DNA from: an uncultured virus (IMG/VR IMGVR_UViG_3300020461_000002)
Taxonomy: Duplodnaviria > Heunggongvirae > Uroviricota > Caudoviricetes
Length of the DNA stretch: 56,706 bases
Strand: one strand, 5' to 3'
Virus record (IMG/VR): IMGVR_UViG_3300020461_000002
Shown: positions 16,670-26,590 of the stretch, piece by piece
Position numbering within the stretch: the first letter of the stretch is position 1
Layout: each line of letters begins with the position of its first letter
Made by a program: the position numbers and the translations under genes
The notes under the pieces: model-generated
Database searches by the model: none
What the model saw: the letters and a program-made list of their open reading frames with translations, nothing else
Told to the model about the DNA's origin: nothing

Positions 16670-19133
16670 TTTTTTGGTTCGTGGATATGAAAATGGCAAA
16701 CATTTTATGACACGCGAAAAATTTAATCCCACTCTTTTTGTTCCTTCTAAACGTCAAACAAAGTATAAAACATTAACAGGAGAATATGTAGAATCAATTA
16801 AACCAGGATCTGTGCGTGAGTGTAGAGATTTTGTCAAAAAGTATGAGGGCGTAGAAAATTTTAATATCTACGGAAATACTGGTTATATCTATCAGTACAT
16901 TTCTGAAAATTATCCTGGTGATGAAATTAAGTTTGATATTAGTAAGATCAAACTAACTACAATTGATATTGAGGTCAAGTCTGAGAATGGATTCCCTGAT
17001 GTAGAATCTGCTGCAGAAGAAGTTTTGCTCATCACACTTCAAGATTACACCACAAAGGAGATCATTACTTGGGGACAAGGACCGTTCAAACTTAAGCAAG
17101 GAAATCATTACTACAAACAGTTTAATAATGAGTACGATCTACTCAATGACTTTATTAACTGGTGGATGGTTGAGGGTAATACTCCTGAGGTTGTAACTGG
17201 TTGGAATAGTGAACTGTATGATATGCCGTACTTAGTACGACGTATTGAACGTGTTCTTGGTGAGAAGTTGATGAAGCGACTTTCTCCTTGGGGATTAGTC
17301 ACTGAACGTGAAACTTATATTGCTGGACGTAAACACATTTCTTATGATGTTGGCGGTATTACACAACTTGATTATCTCAATCTTTATAAGAAGTTTACGT
17401 ATAAGGCACAAGAATCATATCGATTAGATTATATTGCAAGTGTAGAACTTGGACAGAAGAAGTTAGATCACAGTGAGTTTGATACATTCAAAGACTTCTA
17501 CACTAATGGGTGGCAAAAGTTTGTAGAGTACAACATTATTGACGTGGAACTTGTTGACCGATTGGAGGACAAGATGAAACTGATTGAACTTGCAATCGTT
17601 ATGGCATATGATGCTAAGGCAAACTATGCTGATGTATTTTCTCAAGTTCGTATGTGGGATACCATCATTTACAATTATCTGAAGAAGAGGAATATTGTTA
17701 TTCCTCCTAAAGAACGTTCAGATAAAGATGCAAAATATGCTGGTGCCTACGTGAAGGAACCAATTCCTGGAAAGTATGATTGGGTTGTTAGTTTTGACCT
17801 TAATAGTCTGTATCCTCATCTTATTATGCAGTACAACATCTCACCAGAAACCTTGCAGGATACTCGACATCCTTCTGCAACCGTTGATAAGATTCTGAAT
17901 GAAGAATTGACCTTTGAGATGTATAAGGATAGTGCTGTATGTGCTAACGGTGCTATGTATCGTAAAGACAAGCGTGGGTTTCTACCTGAGTTGATGGAAA
18001 AGATTTATAAAGATCGCACAGTCTTCAAAAAGAAAATGCTTTCTGCAAAACAAGCATATGAAAAAACTCCAACAAAAGATCTGGAGAAAGAGATTGCACG
18101 ATGTAATAACATTCAGATGGCTCGCAAGATTCAACTCAACTCTGCTTATGGTGCTATCGGTAATCAGTATTTTAGGTATTATAAACTGGCCAATGCGGAG
18201 GCGATTACGCTTTCTGGTCAAGTCTCTATCCGTTGGATTGAGAACAAGATGAATACGTATCTAAATAAGATTTTGCAAACTAAGGGAGAAGATTATGTCA
18301 TCGCATCTGACACTGACTCAATCTATCTTAACCTTGGACCTCTTGTTGATAAATTTTTTGCTAGTAAGTCTAGCGATAAAGCAGCAATTGTTTCCTTACT
18401 TGATAAGATCTGCCAGGAAAAGTTTGAACCATTCATCGAACAATCTTATCAGGAACTTGCGGACTACGTTTCGGCATATGAACAAAAAATGCAAATGAAA
18501 CGTGAGAATATTGCTGAACGTGGTATTTGGACTGCGAAGAAGCGATATATTCTCAACGTGTGGAATAGTGAAGGGGTTCAATATACTGAACCTAAACTAA
18601 AGATGATGGGTATTGAGGCAGTTAAATCTTCAACTCCTGCACCATGTAGAACGATGATTAAAGATGGTCTTAAATTGATGATGAATGGCACTGAGGAAGA
18701 TGTTATTGAATTTATTGATAAGTGTCGTTCGGATTTTAAGAAACTTCCGCCAGAAGAAATTGCATTTCCACGTTCTGTATCTGACGTTGTAAAGTATAAA
18801 TCACATTCTGATATCTATTCAAAAGGAACTCCAATTCATTGTCGTGGTGCTTTACTATTCAATCATTATATTAAAGAGAAGAAACTTACTAATAAGTATT
18901 CATTAATTAATAATGGTGAAAAGATTAAATTTCTTTATCTCAAAAAACCTAATACTATTCATGAAAATGTAATCTCTTTCATTCAGGATTTTCCGAAAGA
19001 ATTGGATCTTGACAAATACATAGACTATGAACTACAATTTGAAAAGAGTTTTGTCGAACCACTTAAAGCAATTCTAGATGCCATTGGATGGAACGTTGAG
19101 AAAACTGTAAACTTAGAACTATTTTTTGCATAA
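16632..19133 (+). CDS. gp43: Family B DNA polymerase
   Basis: ExoI DIEV, SFDLNSLYP, KIQLNSAYG, SDTDS, KKRY. Confidence 0.98.
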   Translation: MKFYTNVQLVGDNFLVRGYENGKHFMTREKFNPTLFVPSKRQTKYKTLTGEYVESIKPGSVRECRDFVKKYEGVENFNIYGNTGYIYQYISENYPGDEIKFDISKIKLTTIDIEVKSENGFPDVESAAEEVLLITLQDYTTKEIITWGQGPFKLKQGNHYYKQFNNEYDLLNDFINWWMVEGNTPEVVTGWNSELYDMPYLVRRIERVLGEKLMKRLSPWGLVTERETYIAGRKHISYDVGGITQLDYLNLYKKFTYKAQESYRLDYIASVELGQKKLDHSEFDTFKDFYTNGWQKFVEYNIIDVELVDRLEDKMKLIELAIVMAYDAKANYADVFSQVRMWDTIIYNYLKKRNIVIPPKERSDKDAKYAGAYVKEPIPGKYDWVVSFDLNSLYPHLIMQYNISPETLQDTRHPSATVDKILNEELTFEMYKDSAVCANGAMYRKDKRGFLPELMEKIYKDRTVFKKKMLSAKQAYEKTPTKDLEKEIARCNNIQMARKIQLNSAYGAIGNQYFRYYKLANAEAITLSGQVSIRWIENKMNTYLNKILQTKGEDYVIASDTDSIYLNLGPLVDKFFASKSSDKAAIVSLLDKICQEKFEPFIEQSYQELADYVSAYEQKMQMKRENIAERGIWTAKKRYILNVWNSEGVQYTEPKLKMMGIEAVKSSTPAPCRTMIKDGLKLMMNGTEEDVIEFIDKCRSDFKKLPPEEIAFPRSVSDVVKYKSHSDIYSKGTPIHCRGALLFNHYIKEKKLTNKYSLINNGEKIKFLYLKKPNTIHENVISFIQDFPKELDLDKYIDYELQFEKSFVEPLKAILDAIGWNVEKTVNLELFFA

Positions 19134-20140
19134 TGGACTTCCTAAAAGAAATTGTAAAAGAGATTGGAGATGACTACACAAAAATCGCATCAGACATTGA
19201 CGATACTGAAAAATATGTGGACACGGGTTCGTACATTTTTAACGCACTGGTTTCAGGTAGTATATTTGGTGGTGTATCTGGGAATAAGATTACTGCCATT
19301 GCTGGCGAGTCTAGTACTGGCAAAACTTTCTTCAGCCTCGCTGTCGTTAAAAATTTTCTTGATTCTAATCCTGATGGGTACTGTCTATACTTTGATACAG
19401 AAGCAGCAGTTAACAAGTCCCTTCTAGAGAGCAGAGGATTACCTCTTGATCGTGTGGTAGTGGTCAATGTTGTTACTGTTGAGGAGTTCCGCAGCAAGGC
19501 ACTCAGGGCAGTAGATCTTTATATGAAAAAAGCAACAGAAGATCGCAAACCCTGCATGTTTGTGCTAGACTCATTGGGGATGCTCTCAACTGAGAAAGAG
19601 ATCACTGATGCGCTCAACGATAAGCAAGTTCGGGATATGACAAAATCTCAACTTATCAAGGGTGCGTTCAGAATGCTTACACTCAAGTTGGGTCAAGCAA
19701 ACATTCCAATGATCGTTACTAACCACACTTATGATGTTATCGGTGCTTATGTTCCAACTAAAGAAATGGGAGGAGGTAGTGGACTCAAGTATGCTGCTTC
19801 TACAATCATCCATCTCAGCAAAAAGAAGGAGAAAGACGGCACCGATGTCGTTGGAAACCTTATCAAGGCAAAGACTGCTAAGTCGCGTTTAAGCAAGGAG
19901 AACCAAGATGTTACGGTGCGTTTGTATTATGATGAGCGTGGTCTTGATCGATATTATGGTCTTCTTGAACTCGGTGAGATTGGCGGACTTTGGAAAAACG
20001 TTGCTGGTAGATATGAAATAGATGGTAAGAAGGTGTATGCGAAAGCAATCCTAAAAGATCCTGATACTTACTTCACCCCTGAGGTGATGGAACAACTAGA
20101 CACTATTGCAAAACAAAACTATTCTTATGGAACGAATTGA
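19133..20140 (+). CDS. uvsX: RecA-like recombinase
   Basis: GESSTGKT, YFDTE, LDSLG, MGGGSGLKY. Confidence 0.96.
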   Translation: MDFLKEIVKEIGDDYTKIASDIDDTEKYVDTGSYIFNALVSGSIFGGVSGNKITAIAGESSTGKTFFSLAVVKNFLDSNPDGYCLYFDTEAAVNKSLLESRGLPLDRVVVVNVVTVEEFRSKALRAVDLYMKKATEDRKPCMFVLDSLGMLSTEKEITDALNDKQVRDMTKSQLIKGAFRMLTLKLGQANIPMIVTNHTYDVIGAYVPTKEMGGGSGLKYAASTIIHLSKKKEKDGTDVVGNLIKAKTAKSRLSKENQDVTVRLYYDERGLDRYYGLLELGEIGGLWKNVAGRYEIDGKKVYAKAILKDPDTYFTPEVMEQLDTIAKQNYSYGTN

Positions 20141-21503
20141 GGCAACTATTCTACGAAACCTAGTTTTCAATGAAGAGTATTCTCGCAAAGTAATTCCGTT
20201 TATTGAACCTGATTATTTTGAGCAGAGAACTGAAAAGATAATCTTTGAGGAGATTACTCAGTTCATTGTGAAGTATGGTAATGCAATCACAACCGAAGCA
20301 CTTTCAATTGAAGTAGAAAACCGAACTGATCTTACAGAAACAGAAGTTAAAGAATCCAGAGAGATCATTGTTAATCTTTCAGAGATGCCTGCTGATCAGC
20401 AGTGGTTATTAGATACTACTGAGAAGTGGTGTAGGGATCGTGCTATCTATCTGGCACTCATGGAATCTATCAGCATTGCTGATGGGGATGATAAAAAGAA
20501 AAACCGCGATGCAATCCCATCTATCCTTTCGGATGCACTAGCGGTTTCTTTTGATAATCATATTGGACACGATTACTTAGGAGATTATGAAGAACGATAT
20601 GAATCCTATCACCGCAAAGAGGATCGTATACCCTTTGATCTTGAATACTTTAACAAGATTACGAAGGGTGGTCTTCCTAACAAGACTCTCAATATCGCTC
20701 TTGCTGGGACAGGTGTCGGTAAGTCTTTGTTCATGTGCCATATGGCTAGCTCCATTCTGCTTAACGGACGTAACGTGCTATACATTACAATGGAGATGGC
20801 AGAAGAGAAAATTGCAGAACGTATTGATGCAAACCTGCTCAACGTACCCATCCAAGATCTTACTGATCTGCCTAAATCCTCTTTTGAAAACAAAGTAGTC
20901 AATCTGTCGAAAAAAACTCAGGGATCTCTTATAATTAAAGAGTATCCAACTGCAAGCGCCCATAGTGGACATTTTAAGGCACTTCTTAATGAACTTGCAC
21001 TTAAGAAGTCATTTAGACCTGACATTATTTTCATTGATTACCTTAATATATGTGCTTCCAGCAGGTATAAGTCAGGCGTTTCTGTCAATTCATATAGCTA
21101 TATTAAGGCTATTGCAGAAGAGCTTAGAGGGTTGGCTGTCGAAGCCCAGGTCCCTATCGTATCTGCCACCCAGACCACTCGTTCTGGTTATGGTAGCTCT
21201 GATGTTGATATTACTGACACTAGTGAGTCCTTTGGTCTCCCTGCTACTGCTGATCTTATGTTTGCCCTCATCTCTACTGAGGAGTTGGAACAACTTGGAC
21301 AGATTATGGTAAAGCAGTTGAAGAATAGGTATAACGATCCCACCATGAATAAAAGATTTATCGTGGGTATTGATCGTGCCAAGATGAGATTGTATGATTG
21401 TGAACAAACTGCACAGAATGATATTCTTGACTCTGGTCAGGAAGAAGAGTATAATTATGAGGAAGACAAACCGAAGAAATCATTTGCTGGATTTATAATT
21501 TAA
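20127..21503 (+). CDS. gp41: Replicative DNA helicase
   Basis: AGTGVGKS, ITMEM, IDYLN, SATQTTR, KQLKNRY. Confidence 0.97.
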   Translation: MERIEATILRNLVFNEEYSRKVIPFIEPDYFEQRTEKIIFEEITQFIVKYGNAITTEALSIEVENRTDLTETEVKESREIIVNLSEMPADQQWLLDTTEKWCRDRAIYLALMESISIADGDDKKKNRDAIPSILSDALAVSFDNHIGHDYLGDYEERYESYHRKEDRIPFDLEYFNKITKGGLPNKTLNIALAGTGVGKSLFMCHMASSILLNGRNVLYITMEMAEEKIAERIDANLLNVPIQDLTDLPKSSFENKVVNLSKKTQGSLIIKEYPTASAHSGHFKALLNELALKKSFRPDIIFIDYLNICASSRYKSGVSVNSYSYIKAIAEELRGLAVEAQVPIVSATQTTRSGYGSSDVDITDTSESFGLPATADLMFALISTEELEQLGQIMVKQLKNRYNDPTMNKRFIVGIDRAKMRLYDCEQTAQNDILDSGQEEEYNYEEDKPKKSFAGFII

Positions 21504-21505
21504 TC

Positions 21506-22060
21506 ATGGAACACATCTACAATCAAGAACAATTTGGTGAGAACTGGTTCACATATCCAACTGTATATGATTCTGTAGTTGAGTTATTTCCTAGTGGCAG
21601 TAAGTTTGTTGAGGTAGGATGTTGGAAAGGTAAGTCTTCTGCGTACATGGCAGTAGAGATTGCTAATTCTGAAAAAGATATTGATTTTTATTGTGTTGAT
21701 CATTGGGAAGGTGGACCAGACCATAAAGATTGGGATGTTCTTTCGGAACTATATACTATCTGGAAAACCAATATGCAACCACTGAAAGACTATTTCATTG
21801 AAATGAAGATGACCTCAGTAGAAGCTTCTACAAAGTTTGAGGATGAATCTTTGGATTTTGTATTCATCGATGCATCACATGCATATGAAGATGTTAAACT
21901 TGATATTGAAACCTGGATGCCCAAAGTAAAACTTGGTGGAATTATTGGTGGACATGATTATGAAGATTATTTTCCTTCAGTAAAACAAGCAGTAAATGAA
22001 TGCTTAGAGGGAAAAGAGTTTGATGTTTATGAAAAATGCTGGTTACACAAAAAACTATGA
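21506..22060 (+). CDS. Class I SAM-dependent methyltransferase (Methyltransf_24-like)
   Basis: VEVGCWKGKS, CVDHW, DFVFIDASHAYE, GGIIGGHDY. Confidence 0.88.
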   Translation: MEHIYNQEQFGENWFTYPTVYDSVVELFPSGSKFVEVGCWKGKSSAYMAVEIANSEKDIDFYCVDHWEGGPDHKDWDVLSELYTIWKTNMQPLKDYFIEMKMTSVEASTKFEDESLDFVFIDASHAYEDVKLDIETWMPKVKLGGIIGGHDYEDYFPSVKQAVNECLEGKEFDVYEKCWLHKKL

Positions 22061-22368
22061 ACGGTTACTTTTCTGTATTCGATCCTAACGATAAAAAAAT
22101 TGCTGATTGTGGTGCTCTTAGAGACGCTATCTTTCTTGTTGGGAGTCGAAATAAAACTTGGGATGGACACTACTATCAATTTAAACCAGTTTATCAAACT
22201 GTAAATGTAGATTCTGAAAAATATCTTTCCTCTACTGATATTGTTGTAAACATGGATGGTGGAGTTGGTGGTTCATGGACTGTTAGGGATGAACCAGATT
22301 ATGTTGTGATAAACGAGCAGAAAATTTATCTTCAACAATCCAACCTAAAACAATTAGCGATTGACTAA
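22057..22368 (+). CDS. Hypothetical protein
   Basis: ATGA-coupled ORF. Confidence 0.65.
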   Translation: MNGYFSVFDPNDKKIADCGALRDAIFLVGSRNKTWDGHYYQFKPVYQTVNVDSEKYLSSTDIVVNMDGGVGGSWTVRDEPDYVVINEQKIYLQQSNLKQLAID

Positions 22369-22389
22369 TCATTCGCATTCTGCTATAAT
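22361..22389 (+). promoter_or_regulatory. Sigma70-type promoter for mazG
   Basis: TTGACT-N17-TATAAT with TG extension. Confidence 0.8.
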
Positions 22390-22412
22390 TCACACATATA
22401 AAATTTATTTCA

Positions 22413-22823
22413 ATGACTAAGCAAGTTGATTTTGAACGCTATGAAAAGTTTGTTGATGCTGTAACTTCTGATGCATCTACAGATTTTCTTGCTCTTTCTG
22501 ATCGTCTAGTTGAACTAGATGAGAAGGGCGCTAATATTGAACGCCTTCTAACTGCTGGTGTTGGTATTAATGCTGAGGGTGGGGAGTTTCTTGAGATTAT
22601 TAAGAAGATGATCTTTCAAGGTAAACCTTGGGATGATCATAACAAAGAACATCTTGTTATTGAACTTGGTGATCTGATGTGGTATGTGGCACAAGCATGT
22701 ATGGCGCTAGGAGTTCCTTTTGATGAGGTTGTTGCTCGTAACGTCAAGAAACTTGAAAAGCGTTATCCTGGTGGACAGTTTGATGTGTACTATTCTGAAA
22801 ATCGTGAGGAAGGAGATTTATGA
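22413..22823 (+). CDS. mazG: MazG-like nucleoside triphosphate pyrophosphohydrolase
   Basis: EGGEFLEIIKK, ELGDLMWY, NVKKLEKRYP. Confidence 0.93.
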   Translation: MTKQVDFERYEKFVDAVTSDASTDFLALSDRLVELDEKGANIERLLTAGVGINAEGGEFLEIIKKMIFQGKPWDDHNKEHLVIELGDLMWYVAQACMALGVPFDEVVARNVKKLEKRYPGGQFDVYYSENREEGDL

Positions 22824-23005
22824 TTACTCTCAATCTTGACGTAAAATCTGCTGCTGCAATTAGGCAAGTTCTTTTTGACGAGCAGAAGATTTACACATAC
22901 GACCCCAAATGTGTGCCGGTACGAATTGTTGAAATTCGTAATGTGATTGTTGACCTAGATGAACAAATTGAGGAGGAACTAAAAAATGAAAATTCTGACA
23001 CTTGA
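22820..23005 (+). CDS. Hypothetical protein
   Basis: 61-aa coupled ORF. Confidence 0.6.
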   Translation: MITLNLDVKSAAAIRQVLFDEQKIYTYDPKCVPVRIVEIRNVIVDLDEQIEEELKNENSDT

Positions 23006-23195
23006 AGATTATCAAAAAGCAGGTGAAACTTTCTGGCCTAAGTATTGGTACGTTGCTGGAGAACTTGGTGAAGGAGCAAAAGCAGAAGATATTCTGCGTG
23101 TTATGGAAGCAGTTGGTGGTGTTGCTTTGAAGTTTGCTTTGGAAGAAAAAGAAGGACCATTTGGATTTAATAAAAAAGATGAAGGTGAGGAATGA
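22986..23195 (+). CDS. Hypothetical cyanophage protein
   Basis: 69-aa ORF with GAGGA RBS. Confidence 0.7.
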   Translation: MKILTLEDYQKAGETFWPKYWYVAGELGEGAKAEDILRVMEAVGGVALKFALEEKEGPFGFNKKDEGEE

Positions 23196-23941
23196 CATTT
23201 AATCATGGATGTCTTCCTATTCTTGCTACTCCTCTTTTAATATGTGATTTTGAAAAACATGAACAATATTCTAAAAGATTTCATAACTTTGAGAAAGTAG
23301 ATAGAAAACCTGAAGGTTGGCACGTTTCAATAAATACATCTTTTCCTAATGTTTTAGAAAACGATCCATACATAGATCGTTCTCTTATCAGTAATCTTAA
23401 AAAAGATCTTTATAGTCAAATACAAAAACTTTTGCAATCTTATAAACTGCAAGATACTATTTTCTTTGAGTCTTTTTGGTATAATGCAAGTTATGCTGGA
23501 CAAGGACAAGAAATTCATAATCACTGTGCTGCAAACAATTTAAATTCTTACTGGTCTGGAATATATTTTGCTAAAAATGTAACATATGATTCATTTTCTT
23601 TTACTCGTACAGATGTATCTCTAAAATCACAGCAACCTGCGGATTATCTAAATTCTGCATTAGTACCATATTACTTGGACTGGGAACACATTCCATGTTC
23701 AAATAAAAATATGAACAAGATTATTGATGGAACAATAATATTGTTTCCTCCTCATGTATATCATAGTGTAAAAACTCCTGATTATAATACTAAAGATAGG
23801 ATGAGACTATCTTTTAGTTTTAATCTTTCATTGAATATTGAACTTAATGCTGATTATGAACCATCTGTAGGTGGTGGTTCTTATAAAAGGCGATATCACA
23901 TGTCCCATACATATAAAAAAGGATTTAAAAATGGTCGATGA
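23192..23941 (+). CDS. 2OG-Fe(II) oxygenase (TIGR02466-like)
   Basis: WYN..QEIHNH, WSGIYF, LFPPHVYHSV, RLSFSFN. Confidence 0.85.
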   Translation: MTFNHGCLPILATPLLICDFEKHEQYSKRFHNFEKVDRKPEGWHVSINTSFPNVLENDPYIDRSLISNLKKDLYSQIQKLLQSYKLQDTIFFESFWYNASYAGQGQEIHNHCAANNLNSYWSGIYFAKNVTYDSFSFTRTDVSLKSQQPADYLNSALVPYYLDWEHIPCSNKNMNKIIDGTIILFPPHVYHSVKTPDYNTKDRMRLSFSFNLSLNIELNADYEPSVGGGSYKRRYHMSHTYKKGFKNGR

Positions 23942-24176
23942 AAAAGTACATCCAGAGATTGCAGAAGTAGACTGGATTGATGATGCCTTCTATATTGAAA
24001 AAACTCGTTTTGGTTTGTATAGGAGTATTAAAAAAAATGGTGATGGATTTCTAACTGGTCTCACATATGATGCAGTTTTAGTAATGAGTAGATGGCATCT
24101 CAAATGTGAGCAGGAGGGTACACTTGAACAATATACTAGAGTTGTTGGTAATGCAACTGTTGATGGAAAACTATGA
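23931..24176 (+). CDS. Hypothetical cyanophage protein
   Basis: WIDDAFY...VGNATVDGKL. Confidence 0.7.
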   Translation: MVDEKVHPEIAEVDWIDDAFYIEKTRFGLYRSIKKNGDGFLTGLTYDAVLVMSRWHLKCEQEGTLEQYTRVVGNATVDGKL

Positions 24177-24805
24177 TTATCTACCATACACATGAAAAAT
24201 TATCAGATCCCCTAATAAGGGAACTATATGATAATTTTGCTACAGGTGAGTATTTTGAAAATAACATTTATACAACATTTCCAAAGGTACTTTCTAAACA
24301 CTTTCCTGATGAAATAGAAAATTTTTACCATAAAAATCTGTCCAAAATTCTTACCAAACTAGGATTATCCGGTAGGATTGTTATTAACGATGCAAAGTGG
24401 TGTCAGATATATACTGGTTCTTACGGTGGAAATCATCCAAGTCATCAACATTATTCTGGGACCGAGTTGTTTTCATGGGTTCATTTTGTAGATGTTCCTA
24501 CAGATCAGAAATGCTTTTACTTTGAAGATTCTTTGGGCAATAAACAATATCCAGATACACAAAATTCTGGAGACCTTATTGTATTCCCATCATGGGCAGT
24601 TCATGGATGTGATCCACTCCTTAAATCAAAGGCACGTAGATCTATAGTAGCAGGTAATATTACTTGTCTAAAATATAAAGATTGTATTGATCCACAATTT
24701 CCTCTTTCGGATGATAATCCTGCAGTATTTTATATTAGCAATGAAATAGATGAGAAAGAACTAAAAACAATTTGGACACAAAAAATTCCTAAGAACATCT
24801 GTTAA
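24173..24805 (+). CDS. 2OG-Fe(II) oxygenase
   Basis: WCQIY..HPSHQH, FSWVHF, GDLIVFPSWAVHG, RSIVAGN. Confidence 0.85.
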   Translation: MIIYHTHEKLSDPLIRELYDNFATGEYFENNIYTTFPKVLSKHFPDEIENFYHKNLSKILTKLGLSGRIVINDAKWCQIYTGSYGGNHPSHQHYSGTELFSWVHFVDVPTDQKCFYFEDSLGNKQYPDTQNSGDLIVFPSWAVHGCDPLLKSKARRSIVAGNITCLKYKDCIDPQFPLSDDNPAVFYISNEIDEKELKTIWTQKIPKNIC

Positions 24806-24960
24806 TGGAACCAGTTGACCTTTTATTATTAATTGGAGAACTAGAGGGTAGTTCAACACACTGTAGAAAACTTGATTTTCTAGAGGATGCTGCTATACTT
24901 GATACAATGAAACGGAAATACTATAAAATGTATTTTCAACTCAAAAAATCACAATCATAA
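24805..24960 (+). CDS. Small hypothetical protein (51 aa, not in ORF track)
   Basis: MEPVDLLLLIGELEG...; TAATG coupling. Confidence 0.55.
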   Translation: MEPVDLLLLIGELEGSSTHCRKLDFLEDAAILDTMKRKYYKMYFQLKKSQS

Positions 24961-24965
24961 ATTAT

Positions 24966-25047
24966 GTCGATGTGGCGGAATTGGTAGACGCGCTGGTTTT
25001 AGGTACCAGTTCTTTTTAGAGTGAAGGTTCAAGTCCTTTCATCGACA
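24966..25047 (+). tRNA. tRNA-Leu(TAG)
   Basis: GTCGATG/CATCGAC acceptor stem, CTGGT-tt TAG gt-ACCAG anticodon arm, long variable arm, GGTTCAAGTCC. Confidence 0.93.
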
Positions 25048-25070
25048 CTAAATAATTTTAAAAATTAAAA

Positions 25071-26369
25071 ATGGCAAAAAGTCTTCTTGATACTGATCTT
25101 TATACTAAGACAGTAACTGTAATCAATGACAATCTTTATGATCTAGGTATGTCGATTGATGATAAAAAGACAGAGGGATCTTATATCTTTATTCAATGTG
25201 ATGAAGATAGAGTAGAGACTAGAGAGTCTTTGGAGATGGCGATTGAAAATGTATCTGGACTTCGTTGTAGTAGGAGATATGTAAAATCAAAGTCAGCATT
25301 CGATCTAACTTTGGTTGAAGGTTTTGGTAGTGCTATTAATATAGTATACAAAAATACTAAGGGTGGGATGCAGGAAACTACCCTCAACTCAACTATTACA
25401 GAACTATTTCCGGCAATTGCTTTTGAGGCAGGTATTGATACAAATCTTTCTCCTGATCAATTTTATAATAAACTCTTAGAATCAAATAAAGAAACTCTTG
25501 GTGCTTATAAAAATAAGAGTGCATATGATGCAGGTAAACCATTTTTAGATAAAGCTCCAACTTCCTCTAAATTTGAAGAGAAAACAACAAATGCTCAAGC
25601 AATTACAAGATGGTTGATTGGTGAGAATAAGAGAAAAAAAATTAGTAAAGTTGTCTGGGGATATAGAAACAATTTAAAACCACAAGGAGTTTCACCTAAC
25701 CACAAGGGTGATATCTTTGCGGTTTTTGAAGATGGAAATATTTTAGGAATTTCTCTTAAAGCTGGAGGAGCAAAAACTGCAGAACCACAGTTCAATAGTT
25801 ATGTTAGACCAATCTTTACTTCATTTGGTGCGTTAACTGACTATGCAAAACTTGAAAAAAAATCTTTTGAAACTTTTTATGCAGGTATTCCTGGAATAAC
25901 ATCACAGAATACTTATGGAAAAGCACAGATGACGAAAGTTATAGGTGCATTTGAAAAAGGTAATCCAAAACAATATGAAATGTTGTATGACGCACAACTA
26001 GAATTTGTTAGACAATATATTTGTGATATGATGAACAACGATCCTGCTAAGGCAAAGAATTGGTTACTTCGTGAAGTTGCTGCAGAACAAGAGGGTGTTC
26101 CCTTAATAGTTCTCAAAGCAGCTGGAAGTAATACTCAAGTTATTAATGATGAAAATATTATTAAAGACTGTGTTCAAACATCTAAGAAAGCAAATGGAAT
26201 AAAAGCGTACCCATCAAAAACTTCAAAACAAAATTGGCATATTGATTTGACATGTAGAACTCATACTACAACATTGAATTTTTCAATTAGAACTAATAAA
26301 ACTGGAATCAATCATAAACTTGGACAATACATTAATCTAGCAGTTAAGTTTAACGGCATTAAAAAATGA
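25071..26369 (+). CDS. Putative PD-(D/E)xK-fold nuclease-like protein
   Basis: 432 aa; ITELFP helix, KGDIF...GISLK motif; CTAAATA late-like promoter at 25048. Confidence 0.55.
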   Translation: MAKSLLDTDLYTKTVTVINDNLYDLGMSIDDKKTEGSYIFIQCDEDRVETRESLEMAIENVSGLRCSRRYVKSKSAFDLTLVEGFGSAINIVYKNTKGGMQETTLNSTITELFPAIAFEAGIDTNLSPDQFYNKLLESNKETLGAYKNKSAYDAGKPFLDKAPTSSKFEEKTTNAQAITRWLIGENKRKKISKVVWGYRNNLKPQGVSPNHKGDIFAVFEDGNILGISLKAGGAKTAEPQFNSYVRPIFTSFGALTDYAKLEKKSFETFYAGIPGITSQNTYGKAQMTKVIGAFEKGNPKQYEMLYDAQLEFVRQYICDMMNNDPAKAKNWLLREVAAEQEGVPLIVLKAAGSNTQVINDENIIKDCVQTSKKANGIKAYPSKTSKQNWHIDLTCRTHTTTLNFSIRTNKTGINHKLGQYINLAVKFNGIKK

Positions 26370-26590
26370 AACATCTTATTAGTCAGTTGACTAAATCTTT
26401 TGAACCCAGCAAAAGAGGTAGAGTAAACGCTCATGATGAGTTTCTTGTTTACATTTTCCAAACCTATGCTGGTAGAATGAATGTGTGTAGATCAGAAAAA
26501 TTAAAGAATAAATATATAAAGGAACGAGATAGTATCCTGCAATACGTCGTCAAAAATAAAACAGAAGTACTGAAACATATTAATAGATGA
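26366..26590 (+). CDS. Hypothetical protein
   Basis: 74-aa ATGA-coupled ORF. Confidence 0.6.
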   Translation: MKHLISQLTKSFEPSKRGRVNAHDEFLVYIFQTYAGRMNVCRSEKLKNKYIKERDSILQYVVKNKTEVLKHINR

